DNA of 64,000 nucleotides from Pseudobdellovibrionaceae bacterium (GCA_947444305.1 CANEZP010000001.1:18151-82150); one strand, 5' to 3'. Positions 48,033 through 58,292 are shown, numbered from the stretch's first letter. Notes: a model not told the origin generated them from the letters alone. Made by a program: numbers and translations.

Positions 48033-49688
48033 TTGATCGTCGACGATTCCGAAGAGGATCGCACCGTCGTTAAAGACTGGTTGTCTAAAAACGACGACTA
48101 CACCTACACGTTTGAAGAAGCCGAGTCGGTTGAAGACGGCATCGCTATTTATTCCGAACGTGTCTTCGATTGCATTATCCTCGATCACTCGTTTCCGATC
48201 GACAACGCGGTGGGGTTCTTGCAAAAAACGGTCGGCAACGATCGGATAAAATTTCCGGCCCCGGTCATCGTCATCACCGGGCAGGGCAACGAGAAGGTCG
48301 CGGTCGACGCGGTCAAGGCCGGCGCGCAAAACTACATAAGCAAAAAAGAGCTAGCTAGTGCCGCACAAAGCAATCACCGCTTACTCGACGAAGCCATCTC
48401 CGAATTCAGGCACAACCGTGAACTGAAAAAGAGCCACAACGAGCGCGATCGTTTGCTCGCGAAGCTAAAGAAAAAAACGCGCGAATTAACCAGAGCGAAG
48501 GCCGAAGCCGATACCGCCAACGTTGCTAAGAGTGCTTTCCTCGCGAACATGAGCCACGAAATCCGCTCACCGCTGACGGCAATCATAGGTTTCACCGACC
48601 TATTGATGAACAGCGGCGTAGCCGAATACGACAAGCCTTACCTCTACGAAACGATAAACAAAAACGGCAAACATCTTCTATCGGTAATCAACGACATCCT
48701 TGATCTGTCGAAAGTTGAAGCCGGTAAGGTCGCGTTGACCTACTCAAAATTCGACGTGCGAAATTTAGTCGAAGACGTGGCCGATAGCTTTCGCAAAGGT
48801 TTCGAGGCCAAGGGCGTAAAGCTTAGGATCTTCTACAGCACCCGCGCCGTATGTGAAATTCAGAGTGATCCGACACGGGTAAGGCAGATCCTTACGAATC
48901 TACTGGCAAACTCTTTGAAATTTACTTTGCACGGTGACGTAAGCCTCGCGGTCCAAGGTTGCGCGGATGAAGGCCCGGCCGAGGAAATCTCCATCATCGT
49001 TTCGGACACCGGCGTCGGCATGACCCGCGCCGAAACCAAAAAAATCTTTCGCCGCTTCGTTCAAGCGAACGACGAAGTCGGCACGCGCTTCGGTGGCACG
49101 GGGCTCGGGCTGGCCTTATCAAAAAACTTGGCGTCCCTCATCGGCGGGGATTTGAAACTGATCTCTAGTGAAGAGGGCGTCGGCAGCGTTTTTAAACTGC
49201 GGCTGCCGTTTAATCCTCCGGACATTTCGACGGTCTTGCACGTGCAATCGGCCGGTTCCTCCTTGGGCGTTTCTCTTAAAGGCCTTCGGATTCTCGTCGC
49301 CGACGATTCTTTCGATAATCAATTTTTGATTCGCCGTTACCTCGAGCGCGCGGGCGCCCACGTTGCGTGCGTCGACGACGGTCAGGAATTGATCGAGGCC
49401 GAGCGTGAATCCGATTACGACATCATCGTCGCCGACGTAAAGATGCCGGTCATGGATGGGCACGAGGCGGGCCGCATCTTGCGTGCGAGGGGTGTGACTA
49501 TCCCCATCATCGGTTTGAGCGCCAGCGCCATGCCCGACGACATAGCGCGCTCCTCGGCGGCGGGTTTCAATGATCAGTTGAGTAAACCGATCAATGCCGA
49601 TGAACTCATCCGCTCGATTTATAATCTCACGGCCGTGCACCGGCGCAACACCGGTGATGAACGTGGCTCCGGTTCGCCCGAAATCTAG
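48033..49688 (+). CDS. hybrid histidine kinase (REC-HisKA-HATPase_c-REC)
   Basis: H-box FLANMSHEIRSPL, GTGLGLALSK and a second REC (ILVADDSFDNQ..VADVKMPVMDG). TTG 48033 is the first canonical start. An in-frame CTG at 48003 with an SD would restore beta-1 of the first REC domain. Confidence 0.9.
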   Translation: MIVDDSEEDRTVVKDWLSKNDDYTYTFEEAESVEDGIAIYSERVFDCIILDHSFPIDNAVGFLQKTVGNDRIKFPAPVIVITGQGNEKVAVDAVKAGAQNYISKKELASAAQSNHRLLDEAISEFRHNRELKKSHNERDRLLAKLKKKTRELTRAKAEADTANVAKSAFLANMSHEIRSPLTAIIGFTDLLMNSGVAEYDKPYLYETINKNGKHLLSVINDILDLSKVEAGKVALTYSKFDVRNLVEDVADSFRKGFEAKGVKLRIFYSTRAVCEIQSDPTRVRQILTNLLANSLKFTLHGDVSLAVQGCADEGPAEEISIIVSDTGVGMTRAETKKIFRRFVQANDEVGTRFGGTGLGLALSKNLASLIGGDLKLISSEEGVGSVFKLRLPFNPPDISTVLHVQSAGSSLGVSLKGLRILVADDSFDNQFLIRRYLERAGAHVACVDDGQELIEAERESDYDIIVADVKMPVMDGHEAGRILRARGVTIPIIGLSASAMPDDIARSSAAGFNDQLSKPINADELIRSIYNLTAVHRRNTGDERGSGSPEI

Positions 49689-49696
49689 ATTGAACG

Positions 49697-50182
49697 ATGG
49701 CTTTTGATTATTCGCAGAACTTTAAAAAGCTTAATTTCCGGGAAAATCCCGAGCTCTACCGCGTCGGCATCGGCGAGCAGGGCGTGCTGTTGGCCGAACC
49801 GTATAAATCTGAATTACTTCCGCATTGGCGTTTCAAAAACGTCGAAGTGGCACGCGTATCGGCCGCGGCGTTGACCGAAGCCTTCCACAAATACCGGCGC
49901 GAAGGCGATTTCGCCGGCATGGACATGGCCCGGAAGTTTATCCAAATGGGCTACACGCGGTCGCGTCGCTACGCCAACCACCGCTCGGGTCAAAAGTACG
50001 AAGGCGCCGTGCCGCGGGCCTTACGGGGCGTGAGCGGAGCGCACGGGCGCGCCGTTCTGCCGCGCGAGCCCGACGAAGAGAAAGCTAAATCCGCGCTAGT
50101 GTTCAAGAAAGCGTGGGATGCGGTCGAAGCGTGCGCGGAATATCGTGAACTCAAACGGGAGTGGAAAACCTGGTACGGCTGA
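49697..50182 (+). CDS. DUF4385-family protein
   Basis: 161 aa. PELYRVGIGEQGVLLAEPYKSELLPHWRFK and DFAGMDMARKFIQMGYTRSRRYANH match my memory of the DUF4385 signature. Confidence 0.75.
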   Translation: MAFDYSQNFKKLNFRENPELYRVGIGEQGVLLAEPYKSELLPHWRFKNVEVARVSAAALTEAFHKYRREGDFAGMDMARKFIQMGYTRSRRYANHRSGQKYEGAVPRALRGVSGAHGRAVLPREPDEEKAKSALVFKKAWDAVEACAEYRELKREWKTWYG

Positions 50183-50307
50183 CTAAACCCATTTTGTTAC
50201 CGGGGCATTAAGTTCAAGGAATGGGGCAGCCACGTTCCAATTCGCCCGAATCGTTTGCCTTTAATCCCGGGCGCGATTACTTTCAGGAGATCAGGACGGA
50301 TCATTGA

Positions 50308-53300
50308 ATGCAGAAGCCCCCTAAACCGAGTTCGGAAGAACGCCGGTTGGAAACGCTTAAAAACTACGCGATCTTGGATTCGGTTCCCGAATCCGTCTTC
50401 GACAATATCACGCTGCTCGCTTCGCAAATCTGCGGTACCCCGATCGCCTTAATTTCTCTCATCGATGAAGACCGGCAGTGGTTTAAATCTAAGCGTGGTC
50501 TCGACGCGCAGGAAACGCCCCGGGACATTTCCTTTTGTGGCCACGCCATCGGCGCCGGCCAGGAAGTCTTCGAAGTTCCGAATTCCTTCGACGACAAAAG
50601 ATTTCTCGACAATCCACTCGTCACCGGCGGACCGAACGTCGTGTTCTACGCCGGCGCACCGCTCATGGCTCCGAACGGTGAGTTGATGGGTACTTTGTGC
50701 GTGATCGATCACAAGCCTAAACAACTCTCTGTCGAACAGCGTGATGCGCTCAAGGCCTTGGCCGAACAGGTCATGGCGCTCTTTCAATCTAGGCGCAACA
50801 GCCAGATTTTGCTCGAGCAACAGGAGCGCGAGCGCGCGATCGCCGGCGCCGCCGAGAAGACCCGCAAGAATCTTCAGCTCGTATTCGATATTTCGCCCGC
50901 GGGCATGGCCATCGTCCGCCAACCACATTTTGTTTTTGAAAAAGTAAACGGTGCGTTCATGCAACTCGTCGGCCCGCGTGAATACGTGGCCCGAAACTTC
51001 GCCGACGTATTTGAAGACTTCCCGGATTTTCCCTTCATTGATGCGATGAAGATCGTTTACAAAGACGGCAAGCGGCGCTTCGACAAAGAAGCCGCGCTGA
51101 AGGTCCCGGGCAGCGACGGGAAGTTAGCTAAGCGCTTCTACAATATTTCTTACGCCAGACTCGACGGCGTGGACGATTCCGATCACGGCATTTTGATCCA
51201 GTTGATCGACGTCACCGATGACGTGCGCGCACGCGAGGCTCTGTACCAAAAGAACGAATTGATTTTTGAAACTCAGCGCTTACTCGCCGCCGCGACCAAA
51301 GTGGCGAAGGTCGGGTTCTTCGAATGGAAGATTGCGGAAAATGTAGTTACGTTTAGCGAACAGATGCAGGAAGACTGGGGCATCAAAGCCAACGTTCCAC
51401 TCGAAACGATTTTCCAACAGATACTGCCCGAAGATCGCGAAGAGACTTTGCGCAAGATTCAGTCGTCGGTAGATTCACGCACACCCTACATTTCCGAGTA
51501 CCGTATCCGCCGCCCCGGTCAGGAAGGCTTTACGTGGATCGAAGCGCAAGGTGAAGTGACCTTCGACGAAAGCGGACGTCCGCTGACTTTCCTGGGCACC
51601 TCGGTCAACATCACGGCCCGCAAAAACGCCGAGCACGAAGTGCAAGCGATCGCGAACTCTATCCCGCAGCTCGCTTGGACGGCCGATGCGACCGGCTACG
51701 TGAGCTGGTACAATCGCCGGTGGTACGACTACACCGGAACCAACTTCGAAGAGATGGCCGGTTGGGGATGGGGCAGCGTCATCGATCCCGACCACCTCGT
51801 TCGCGTGATCGGTAAATACCGTGAATGTCTCGAGTCGGGCGAAAACTGGGAAGATGTCTTTCCGATCCGCGGCGCCGACGGCAAATATCGGTGGTTTCTT
51901 TCCCAGGCGACCCCCATCCGTGACGAAAACGGCAAGATCAAACGCTGGTTCGGCGCGAACACGGACATCACCACGCAAAAAGAAAACGAAGATGCCCGCA
52001 CCAGGCTCGCGGCCGTGGTCGAAAGCAGCCGCGACTTCATCGGCATGACCGACGCGCATTTTAAACCGATTTTTTTGAACCGGGGCGGGCGCGCGATGAC
52101 CGGTTTCGGCGAACGGGACATCACGCAAGCGAACCTCGAACAATTTTTTTCTCCTCGCGATATTCCGCGCATTAAAGACGAGGTTTACCCGGCGGCGCAA
52201 TCAAAGGGCTACTGGGAAGGTGAGTTGAGCTTTCGTCACTTCGAGACGGGCCGGCCCATTCCCGTGCTCTACAATCTCTTTCCCATCCGTGACGAGAAGA
52301 GCGGCGCCACCATCGGCTACGCCACGGTGACGCGTGACATTTCCGACAGGAAATTGTTTGAACTCAATCTCGAAGAGTCGCGCGACGCGGCCGAAAAAGC
52401 CAACAGCGCCAAGAGCGTCTTCCTCGCCAATATGTCACACGAAATTCGTTCGCCACTCGGCGCGATCATGGGATTTTCGGAACTCATCAAAAGCTCCGAC
52501 ATAACAAAAGACGAACTCTCTAATTTTATCTCTATCGTCGATAGAAACTCGAACCACGTTCTTCGTATCATCGACGACATTCTTGATTTGTCGAAAGTTG
52601 AAGCCGGCAAAATGTTGGTGGAGCATATTGTCTTCTCGCTTCCGGACCTGCTCGCCGATTTTTCCTCGCTCATGGGTTTGAGGGCGCGCGACAAGGGGAT
52701 CGATTTTGAATTAAGAATTCCGACCAAGATCCCCGAGAAAGCGATCTCCGATCCGACACGGCTTCGTCAAATTTTGAACAACGTGGTGGGAAATGCGCTG
52801 AAGTTTACGGAGCGTGGGCGCGTGCAGATGACGGTCTTGTTCGAGGATGGCAAACTCCGGTTCGTCGTTACCGACACGGGCATCGGTCTTGAAAAAACCC
52901 AAGCCGATAAGCTTTTCCAGGCGTTTCAGCAAGCCGATGTTTCAACGACACGTAAATTCGGCGGCACCGGTTTGGGCCTTGTACTTACCCGCCGGATTGC
53001 CGAACTCATGGGCGGCGAATTTTATCTTGAAAAAAGTGAGCTCGGGCAGGGCAGTACGTTCGTGGCGTCCGTACTTATCAAGCTCATGCCCGGAACCAAG
53101 ATGGTCGATTCGGCAGGTCTTGAATTTGCGACGACGGTCGCGAAAGCGAAGGAGCCTGCGAAACCGCTTAACGGTTTACGTATTTTGGTCATTGAAGATT
53201 CGCCGGATAACCAAGCGCTGTTCGAGATTCTCCTTACGAAACTAGGGGCCACCATCGAGATCGGCAAAGACGGTCACGAAGGCGTTGAGCTCTCCAGGAC

Positions 53301-53547
53301 GGGCACGTACGACGTTGTTCTCTGCGACGTTCAGATGCCGCGCATGGATGGTTACGAAGTCATCGCCGAGTTAAAAAAACGTGATTTCAAAGTTCCCGTC
53401 GTCGCGTTGACGGCCCACGCGATGAAGGAGGAGCGTGACCGCGCACTCAAGGCCGGATTCACCGACTTCCTCTCGAAGCCAATCCACAAAGAAGCCCTGA
53501 TCGAAACACTTTTGCGCGTCACTCGCGTCCCATTACGAGATAGCTAA
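50308..53547 (+). CDS. large hybrid sensor kinase (GAF, multiple PAS/PAC, HisKA, HATPase_c, REC)
   Basis: 1079 aa. The GAF N-terminus is ERRLETLKNYAILDS..FCGHAI..FYAGAPL. Several PAS/PAC units carry W..A.G...W(Y/F)N. H-box FLANMSHEIRSPL; REC ILVIEDSPDNQ..LCDVQMPRMDG. Confidence 0.93.
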   Translation: MQKPPKPSSEERRLETLKNYAILDSVPESVFDNITLLASQICGTPIALISLIDEDRQWFKSKRGLDAQETPRDISFCGHAIGAGQEVFEVPNSFDDKRFLDNPLVTGGPNVVFYAGAPLMAPNGELMGTLCVIDHKPKQLSVEQRDALKALAEQVMALFQSRRNSQILLEQQERERAIAGAAEKTRKNLQLVFDISPAGMAIVRQPHFVFEKVNGAFMQLVGPREYVARNFADVFEDFPDFPFIDAMKIVYKDGKRRFDKEAALKVPGSDGKLAKRFYNISYARLDGVDDSDHGILIQLIDVTDDVRAREALYQKNELIFETQRLLAAATKVAKVGFFEWKIAENVVTFSEQMQEDWGIKANVPLETIFQQILPEDREETLRKIQSSVDSRTPYISEYRIRRPGQEGFTWIEAQGEVTFDESGRPLTFLGTSVNITARKNAEHEVQAIANSIPQLAWTADATGYVSWYNRRWYDYTGTNFEEMAGWGWGSVIDPDHLVRVIGKYRECLESGENWEDVFPIRGADGKYRWFLSQATPIRDENGKIKRWFGANTDITTQKENEDARTRLAAVVESSRDFIGMTDAHFKPIFLNRGGRAMTGFGERDITQANLEQFFSPRDIPRIKDEVYPAAQSKGYWEGELSFRHFETGRPIPVLYNLFPIRDEKSGATIGYATVTRDISDRKLFELNLEESRDAAEKANSAKSVFLANMSHEIRSPLGAIMGFSELIKSSDITKDELSNFISIVDRNSNHVLRIIDDILDLSKVEAGKMLVEHIVFSLPDLLADFSSLMGLRARDKGIDFELRIPTKIPEKAISDPTRLRQILNNVVGNALKFTERGRVQMTVLFEDGKLRFVVTDTGIGLEKTQADKLFQAFQQADVSTTRKFGGTGLGLVLTRRIAELMGGEFYLEKSELGQGSTFVASVLIKLMPGTKMVDSAGLEFATTVAKAKEPAKPLNGLRILVIEDSPDNQALFEILLTKLGATIEIGKDGHEGVELSRTGTYDVVLCDVQMPRMDGYEVIAELKKRDFKVPVVALTAHAMKEERDRALKAGFTDFLSKPIHKEALIETLLRVTRVPLRDS

Positions 53548-53591
53548 GCGAAGCGGTGGGTCTCTTCGCGCTTTATTGCTAACCTTTAAGA

Positions 53592-54932
53592 ATGAAAATC
53601 AGCCTTGGTCCGTCCAAACTCCTCAGTGCTTGCGCGCTCATCGTCCTGCCTGTTCTCTTCCTAAATCTATCTTCGCCGTCCCCGGCCGCGATTCAAGTCG
53701 AACCACTCCACGGCGCGGGCTCCCTCGGTGTTTATGTCATGGGGGGCAAATTTCAGAGTTTGCGCATGATGCGTGAACATATGAAAAGCATCGGGGTAAA
53801 CTCAGTCCGGTTGCTCATCAGCTTTGATTCCGCAAACATGATGAAGTTCTACGGAATTGATACGGGCCATTGCCGAGACCTCGCGTGCATCATCGCCAAC
53901 CCGGAAATTTCGGCCTTTCTTTCGGACGAAGCCTTTAAGTCGGTGGCGCTAACCACTTACGATTTCAGTTCCGCCAACGGCGAACTCTTAGATGCCGCAA
54001 AGTTAAAACTTAAGCGCGACGCGGTCTTAAATGAATACAATAACTTCTTCCGTGAGATCGCACGGCACGCCAATCCAAAAAAGAAAGTCATCGTCGCGAA
54101 TTGGGAGGGCGACAACCAAGCTTTTTGCGGAGCCTCCTACGCATTCTCGCAATTATCGCAAGCGAAGCGTCTCCAAGTATGTCCGTCGGCCGAGAAAAAT
54201 ATTTGGGGTTTGGCCGCTTGGGCGAACTTACGGCAAGAGGCACTCGTTAAATTTCGCGCTAACAATACGCTCTCTTTTCAGCTGCTCCACGCGGTCGAAT
54301 TCAACTCCATCCGCCACTTGCAAAAACAGAACGTCACCTCGGTGCTTGAGTTGATCACCAAGGGCCGGATCGCCTGCGATTGGGCGAGTTACTCTTCGTA
54401 CGAAAGTTTGAACGACAATCGACTGGCCGATGATCTTCGCGCCATAAAAAGTCAGTTAGGCTCTAAGCCGCTGATGATCGGGGAGTTTGGTTATTCGGGC
54501 ATTCAACGGCGAGATTATATCGAACAACTCTCGGCGGCGATAAAGCTACTGCAAGATTTTAGAGCGGAAATTCCTCTGTCGTTCATATGGCAAATGTACG
54601 AGGACATTTCCGTCTCGGACAACGGCTACGCCTTGTTCGCGAGTAACGGCGCTGCGCAAATGCACATTCGTGGGGAACCCTTTTCGATTCCACGCGCCGC
54701 TGCCGTCAGATTCACAAGCCCCGAACGCAAGTACGTGGAGATTTACGGCAGATTTCCGCATTTCGAAGGGAGCCAGGTTTGGGCAAGCTGTTCTGGATTC
54801 GATCGTCAGCTCACGGTTATTTACGCAGGCGAACGTCAGATCAATGTGCAGTTACCGGTAGGCTCGAAGGATTGTCGTTTTCGCGTGATCTCGGCTTGGG
54901 GCGTGGCGGACGATTGGACGAATTCATTCTAA
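53592..54932 (+). CDS. secreted hypothetical protein, TIM-barrel glycoside-hydrolase-like
   Basis: 446 aa with a signal peptide. VIVANWEGDN and LMIGEFGYS resemble clan GH-A acid/base and nucleophile strands. This is a low-confidence functional guess. Confidence 0.65.
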   Translation: MKISLGPSKLLSACALIVLPVLFLNLSSPSPAAIQVEPLHGAGSLGVYVMGGKFQSLRMMREHMKSIGVNSVRLLISFDSANMMKFYGIDTGHCRDLACIIANPEISAFLSDEAFKSVALTTYDFSSANGELLDAAKLKLKRDAVLNEYNNFFREIARHANPKKKVIVANWEGDNQAFCGASYAFSQLSQAKRLQVCPSAEKNIWGLAAWANLRQEALVKFRANNTLSFQLLHAVEFNSIRHLQKQNVTSVLELITKGRIACDWASYSSYESLNDNRLADDLRAIKSQLGSKPLMIGEFGYSGIQRRDYIEQLSAAIKLLQDFRAEIPLSFIWQMYEDISVSDNGYALFASNGAAQMHIRGEPFSIPRAAAVRFTSPERKYVEIYGRFPHFEGSQVWASCSGFDRQLTVIYAGERQINVQLPVGSKDCRFRVISAWGVADDWTNSF

Positions 54933-54962
54933 AAAAAACGGGGCACCCGCTGGGTACCCCGT
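54931..54962 (-). terminator. rho-independent terminator of the OMP gene (54990-55598)
   Basis: The minus strand reads ACGGGGTACCC-AGC-GGGTGCCCCGT followed by TTTTTTTT. The stem is 11 bp with 1 mismatch. Confidence 0.85.
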
Positions 54963-54989
54963 ATCGAACACAATATTGTTAACTTAGAC

Positions 54990-55598
54990 TTAGTTGAATT
55001 CGAAGGGGAACGTAACGCTCGCTACGAGACCATCGGGATTGTAATCGATGTTCGTAGGAGTCGAAGAGCCGGCGCGTTTAAGATCAGCTTTGCCGTAGTG
55101 AATACGTTGCCACTCGATGTTGACGCTAACTTGCTCAAGTTTCAAGCCCGCGCCTACACGCCAGCCGGTTGCTTCTTCAAATTTAGGGTCAAAACCGTCT
55201 TTGCCTTTAGGATCCAAGTTACCGGCGAGAACGTAACCGCCGTACAAACGTACGCCGTAGTCTTTCATCTGGAAGCCAACAACGGGAGCGATATCCCACG
55301 ATTGAGCTTTGACTTGGTAGTTGTTGGAGTTGTCGTTGAAGTTAAGGAAAGCATAACGAGCGTCGGCCGCTACGAAGAAGCGTTCCCAAACGTGAATACC
55401 TGCGCGACCAACGAGACCGAAGCCACGGGTTACCGCGGCAGAATTGGAACCACCGGCGTAATCGATATTCGACTCACCAACTTGGTAAGTAACACCGGGC
55501 TCGAGGAACAAGCCTGTGCCGTTTGATTCACCATCGGCGAAAGCCGATGCACCAGAGAACGAGAGGACCGCTGCGACTAGGACTTTTGAAAGTTTCAT
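54990..55598 (-). CDS. small outer-membrane beta-barrel protein (OmpA-like barrel / porin family)
   Basis: 202 aa. The signal peptide is MKLSKVLVAAVLSFSGASAFA. It has alternating aromatic/hydrophobic strands and ends FPFEFN. Confidence 0.82.
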   Translation of the reverse strand: MKLSKVLVAAVLSFSGASAFADGESNGTGLFLEPGVTYQVGESNIDYAGGSNSAAVTRGFGLVGRAGIHVWERFFVAADARYAFLNFNDNSNNYQVKAQSWDIAPVVGFQMKDYGVRLYGGYVLAGNLDPKGKDGFDPKFEEATGWRVGAGLKLEQVSVNIEWQRIHYGKADLKRAGSSTPTNIDYNPDGLVASVTFPFEFN

Positions 55599-55963
55599 TT
55601 TTTCTCCTTAAGAAAAAATTTTGGGGATCAAACCTATGGACTTAGTTCCACATGTTTTTTACGTGTTCGATGAACTGGATAGAGCAGTGAATATGCCAAC
55701 GATTGTTCGTTGATAAAGAGCTTATAAAAGGACCTTCGGTTCTCTTTATGAACGATATAAATCGCATTAAGGTAAAACTGCCCCAAAATATGGATTTTTG
55801 AAAGGCGCAATGCGCTTTAAACCGTAAGAAACACTCAGGAATTAAGTCACGCTTTGTACCTCTTAAGTGTGGTTGATTAGCATCATGTAAAGGCGATCTG
55901 GTGGGTTCAAAATGGAATCACCCGCGCGCTTCCGAGCGCGTGGTTTCTACGGCATGGAGAGAT

Positions 55964-56572
55964 CTACACGCCCACGCTTTGTTCCCGGTGCACGAGCGGT
56001 GAAGCCCGAAACTGCTCGCACTGCTGAGGGGTCACTTCATCATTCACGAATTCAGCCTGACCGGAAAGCAGATTGGGCAGACCCGGGCTCGTGTGGCCGC
56101 AGTTGCATAGCATGTGCGCGATCTCGTGGGCGACCGTATCGTAGGCGGGATGCCGGGCCTTCACGTAATCGGGAGTATTGATTTGCGAGGCGATCCAGCC
56201 GGTGTACTCAAGAATTTTACGTGGTGAAGAATCCGAAAAATCTTCGCCGTAAGCTTCCGAGCCGGCGCCGTCGAAAAAAAATAATGCGGGCTTGGCGTGG
56301 CCGGGCATGACGGCCTCGGCGAGTTCTTGATCAAACGGCGGGCGGCGAGCAAAACCCGGCGCCTCGGCGTAATCGATTTTTACGGGAGCAAACCGGATTC
56401 CGCAACGTGCGAAAATTCGCTGCGCGCGTTCGACGTGGGGGTAAACGGTTTCGGGTCCCCACGCGCCGTTTTTCAAAACGATCAAATCCAAAGGGACGGT
56501 CAGCGGAACGTTACCCGTGGCCGCCGCGCCGGCGTGAAGATGAATTCCTAAAATTAAAAATAGATAAAACAT
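55964..56572 (-). CDS. secreted putative zinc metallopeptidase (HExxH)
   Basis: 202 aa, with a hydrophobic leader. VAHEIAHMLCNCGH is metzincin-like, but the third His is offset by one. Confidence 0.68.
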   Translation of the reverse strand: MFYLFLILGIHLHAGAAATGNVPLTVPLDLIVLKNGAWGPETVYPHVERAQRIFARCGIRFAPVKIDYAEAPGFARRPPFDQELAEAVMPGHAKPALFFFDGAGSEAYGEDFSDSSPRKILEYTGWIASQINTPDYVKARHPAYDTVAHEIAHMLCNCGHTSPGLPNLLSGQAEFVNDEVTPQQCEQFRASPLVHREQSVGV

Positions 56573-56648
56573 CCGTCCCCCTGATTGTTTAGACCGCGGG
56601 GCGCGCGCAAATGGAAATTAGATTTTTTTGTCGCTGGTATCAACATGG

Positions 56649-58292
56649 TCACAAACCGCTTTTAAAATCCATCTCGGCGCGCTCGAGCATGGACTCGGCC
56701 TCGCGCCGCCGAGCCTCGTCGCGGGTGACCGTGTAAACTCGCACGAGGCCCGCCCAGCCGTCGCGAAAAGCGGGGTTGATGACCACCGACCGCCGGAAGG
56801 CTTCCTCGGCTTTGTCGTATTCGCCGCGGTTCAGGTAGATGGTCCCCAGGTTAGGCCACGCCAATAAACTATTAGGCGTGTTCGCAATGTCTTTTATAAA
56901 TTCCGCTTCGGCCTCGTCCACCCGGCCCAGTCTTAACAACGCCACGCCTAAATTGTTATGCACTTGGCGCTCGCCCGGATTGAGGCGAAGGGCTTCCCGG
57001 TAATGCGCGATCGCGGAGCTGAGATCGTTCTTCGCTAAAAAAACGTCGCCGAGATGGGTATGCGCGAACGGGGAGTGCGGCGAGCCCTCAACACCGCGGC
57101 CGTAAAAACTTGCGGCGTCGGCGTAGTTAAATTGATGGACGACGTTCAAGGCAATTAGGATAAGGAGCGCAGCGGCGGCGCCGGTTCTAAAAAGCGCTGG
57201 ATTCAAGCGTTGCCACCGCAGAATGTTAAAACGAAATGGAAACTGAAGCAACGCGATCGCGACGCCGGCCATGGCGAGAAAACTTCGGTCCGCGCGCAAA
57301 ATGTAAATCTCTTTTTGCGCGGGCACTAAATTCGCGAACGTGGGAAGCAAAAATCCGACAAACCAAAGAAGACCGAAAAGAATGAGCGGTTTCGTTTTGC
57401 AACGCCATACGGCCGCACCCGTCAGGACAAGCGCGACTAAGCCACCCGCGACCCAGATCCACCAACCCGTGTCGACGGCGGCCGGCAAGGTACTTAGCGG
57501 AAAAGGCAAAAGCAGCTGGCCCAAATAGATCGCGAGGAGCGGAAAGCCATGCCATAACGCTTCGAGCGCGCGGCCCGCGGCGGGACCTTGTTCGCCGCCC
57601 CCTTGCCGGATTAATAAATACCAGCTCAATGTCGTCGCGCCCCACGTAAACAAAGACCACGCCCATACCCTAAGCGAGCGGGTCCGTGACACCAGACACA
57701 AGTAGACGAAGCACAGCGCGGGTACGGCGATCGCGTTCTCTTTCGTGAGCAAAGCGAGCAATAACAGGGAAGCGTGCGCGGCTAACCAGCGGCGATTTCC
57801 GAGAGAATAACCGTAGGTAAGAATCGCGCCTAAACTAAATATAGCGAGTAGCAGCTCGTTCTGGCCGGGAATCCAAACCACGGTGCCCACGGTGAGCGGA
57901 TGCGCGATCAGGAATAGCGTCGCGATCAAAGCGGCTTTGTTCGAAGCGCCCAACGTGCGGAATAAACTCACCAGCAAGGCCGCGGCGGCCCCCACTAAGA
58001 ATAAATTGGTGAGATGAAACGGCCAAGGCAGGATTTCGTTCGTAAGCTGATGCGATATCCAGCCGCCCGCGATGTAAAAAGACGTCGAGACCGGCCGGTA
58101 GAAATTGTATTCGTTTCCGGAGGCGGCCCACACCGGCGCGAGAAAGGCCGCCGGGATACTCGAGAGTTTGCTGAAGTAAGCCGCGCGTTGCACGATGAGA
58201 TAATCATCGAGGTAAACCCACGAAAAAAACAAAGCCGGCGAGTAAAGCAAAACGCTCGCCGCCGCCGCGAAGGCATGAGGAAATTTAGTCAC
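56649..58292 (-). CDS. multi-pass membrane protein with C-terminal TPRs (TMTC / PMT-like glycosyltransferase architecture)
   Basis: 547 aa, with a VYLDDYLIV loop near the N-terminus and many hydrophobic helices. C-terminal TPRs include AIAHYREALRLNPGERQVHNNLGVALLRLGRVDEA. Confidence 0.8.
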   Translation of the reverse strand: MTKFPHAFAAAASVLLYSPALFFSWVYLDDYLIVQRAAYFSKLSSIPAAFLAPVWAASGNEYNFYRPVSTSFYIAGGWISHQLTNEILPWPFHLTNLFLVGAAAALLVSLFRTLGASNKAALIATLFLIAHPLTVGTVVWIPGQNELLLAIFSLGAILTYGYSLGNRRWLAAHASLLLLALLTKENAIAVPALCFVYLCLVSRTRSLRVWAWSLFTWGATTLSWYLLIRQGGGEQGPAAGRALEALWHGFPLLAIYLGQLLLPFPLSTLPAAVDTGWWIWVAGGLVALVLTGAAVWRCKTKPLILFGLLWFVGFLLPTFANLVPAQKEIYILRADRSFLAMAGVAIALLQFPFRFNILRWQRLNPALFRTGAAAALLILIALNVVHQFNYADAASFYGRGVEGSPHSPFAHTHLGDVFLAKNDLSSAIAHYREALRLNPGERQVHNNLGVALLRLGRVDEAEAEFIKDIANTPNSLLAWPNLGTIYLNRGEYDKAEEAFRRSVVINPAFRDGWAGLVRVYTVTRDEARRREAESMLERAEMDFKSGL

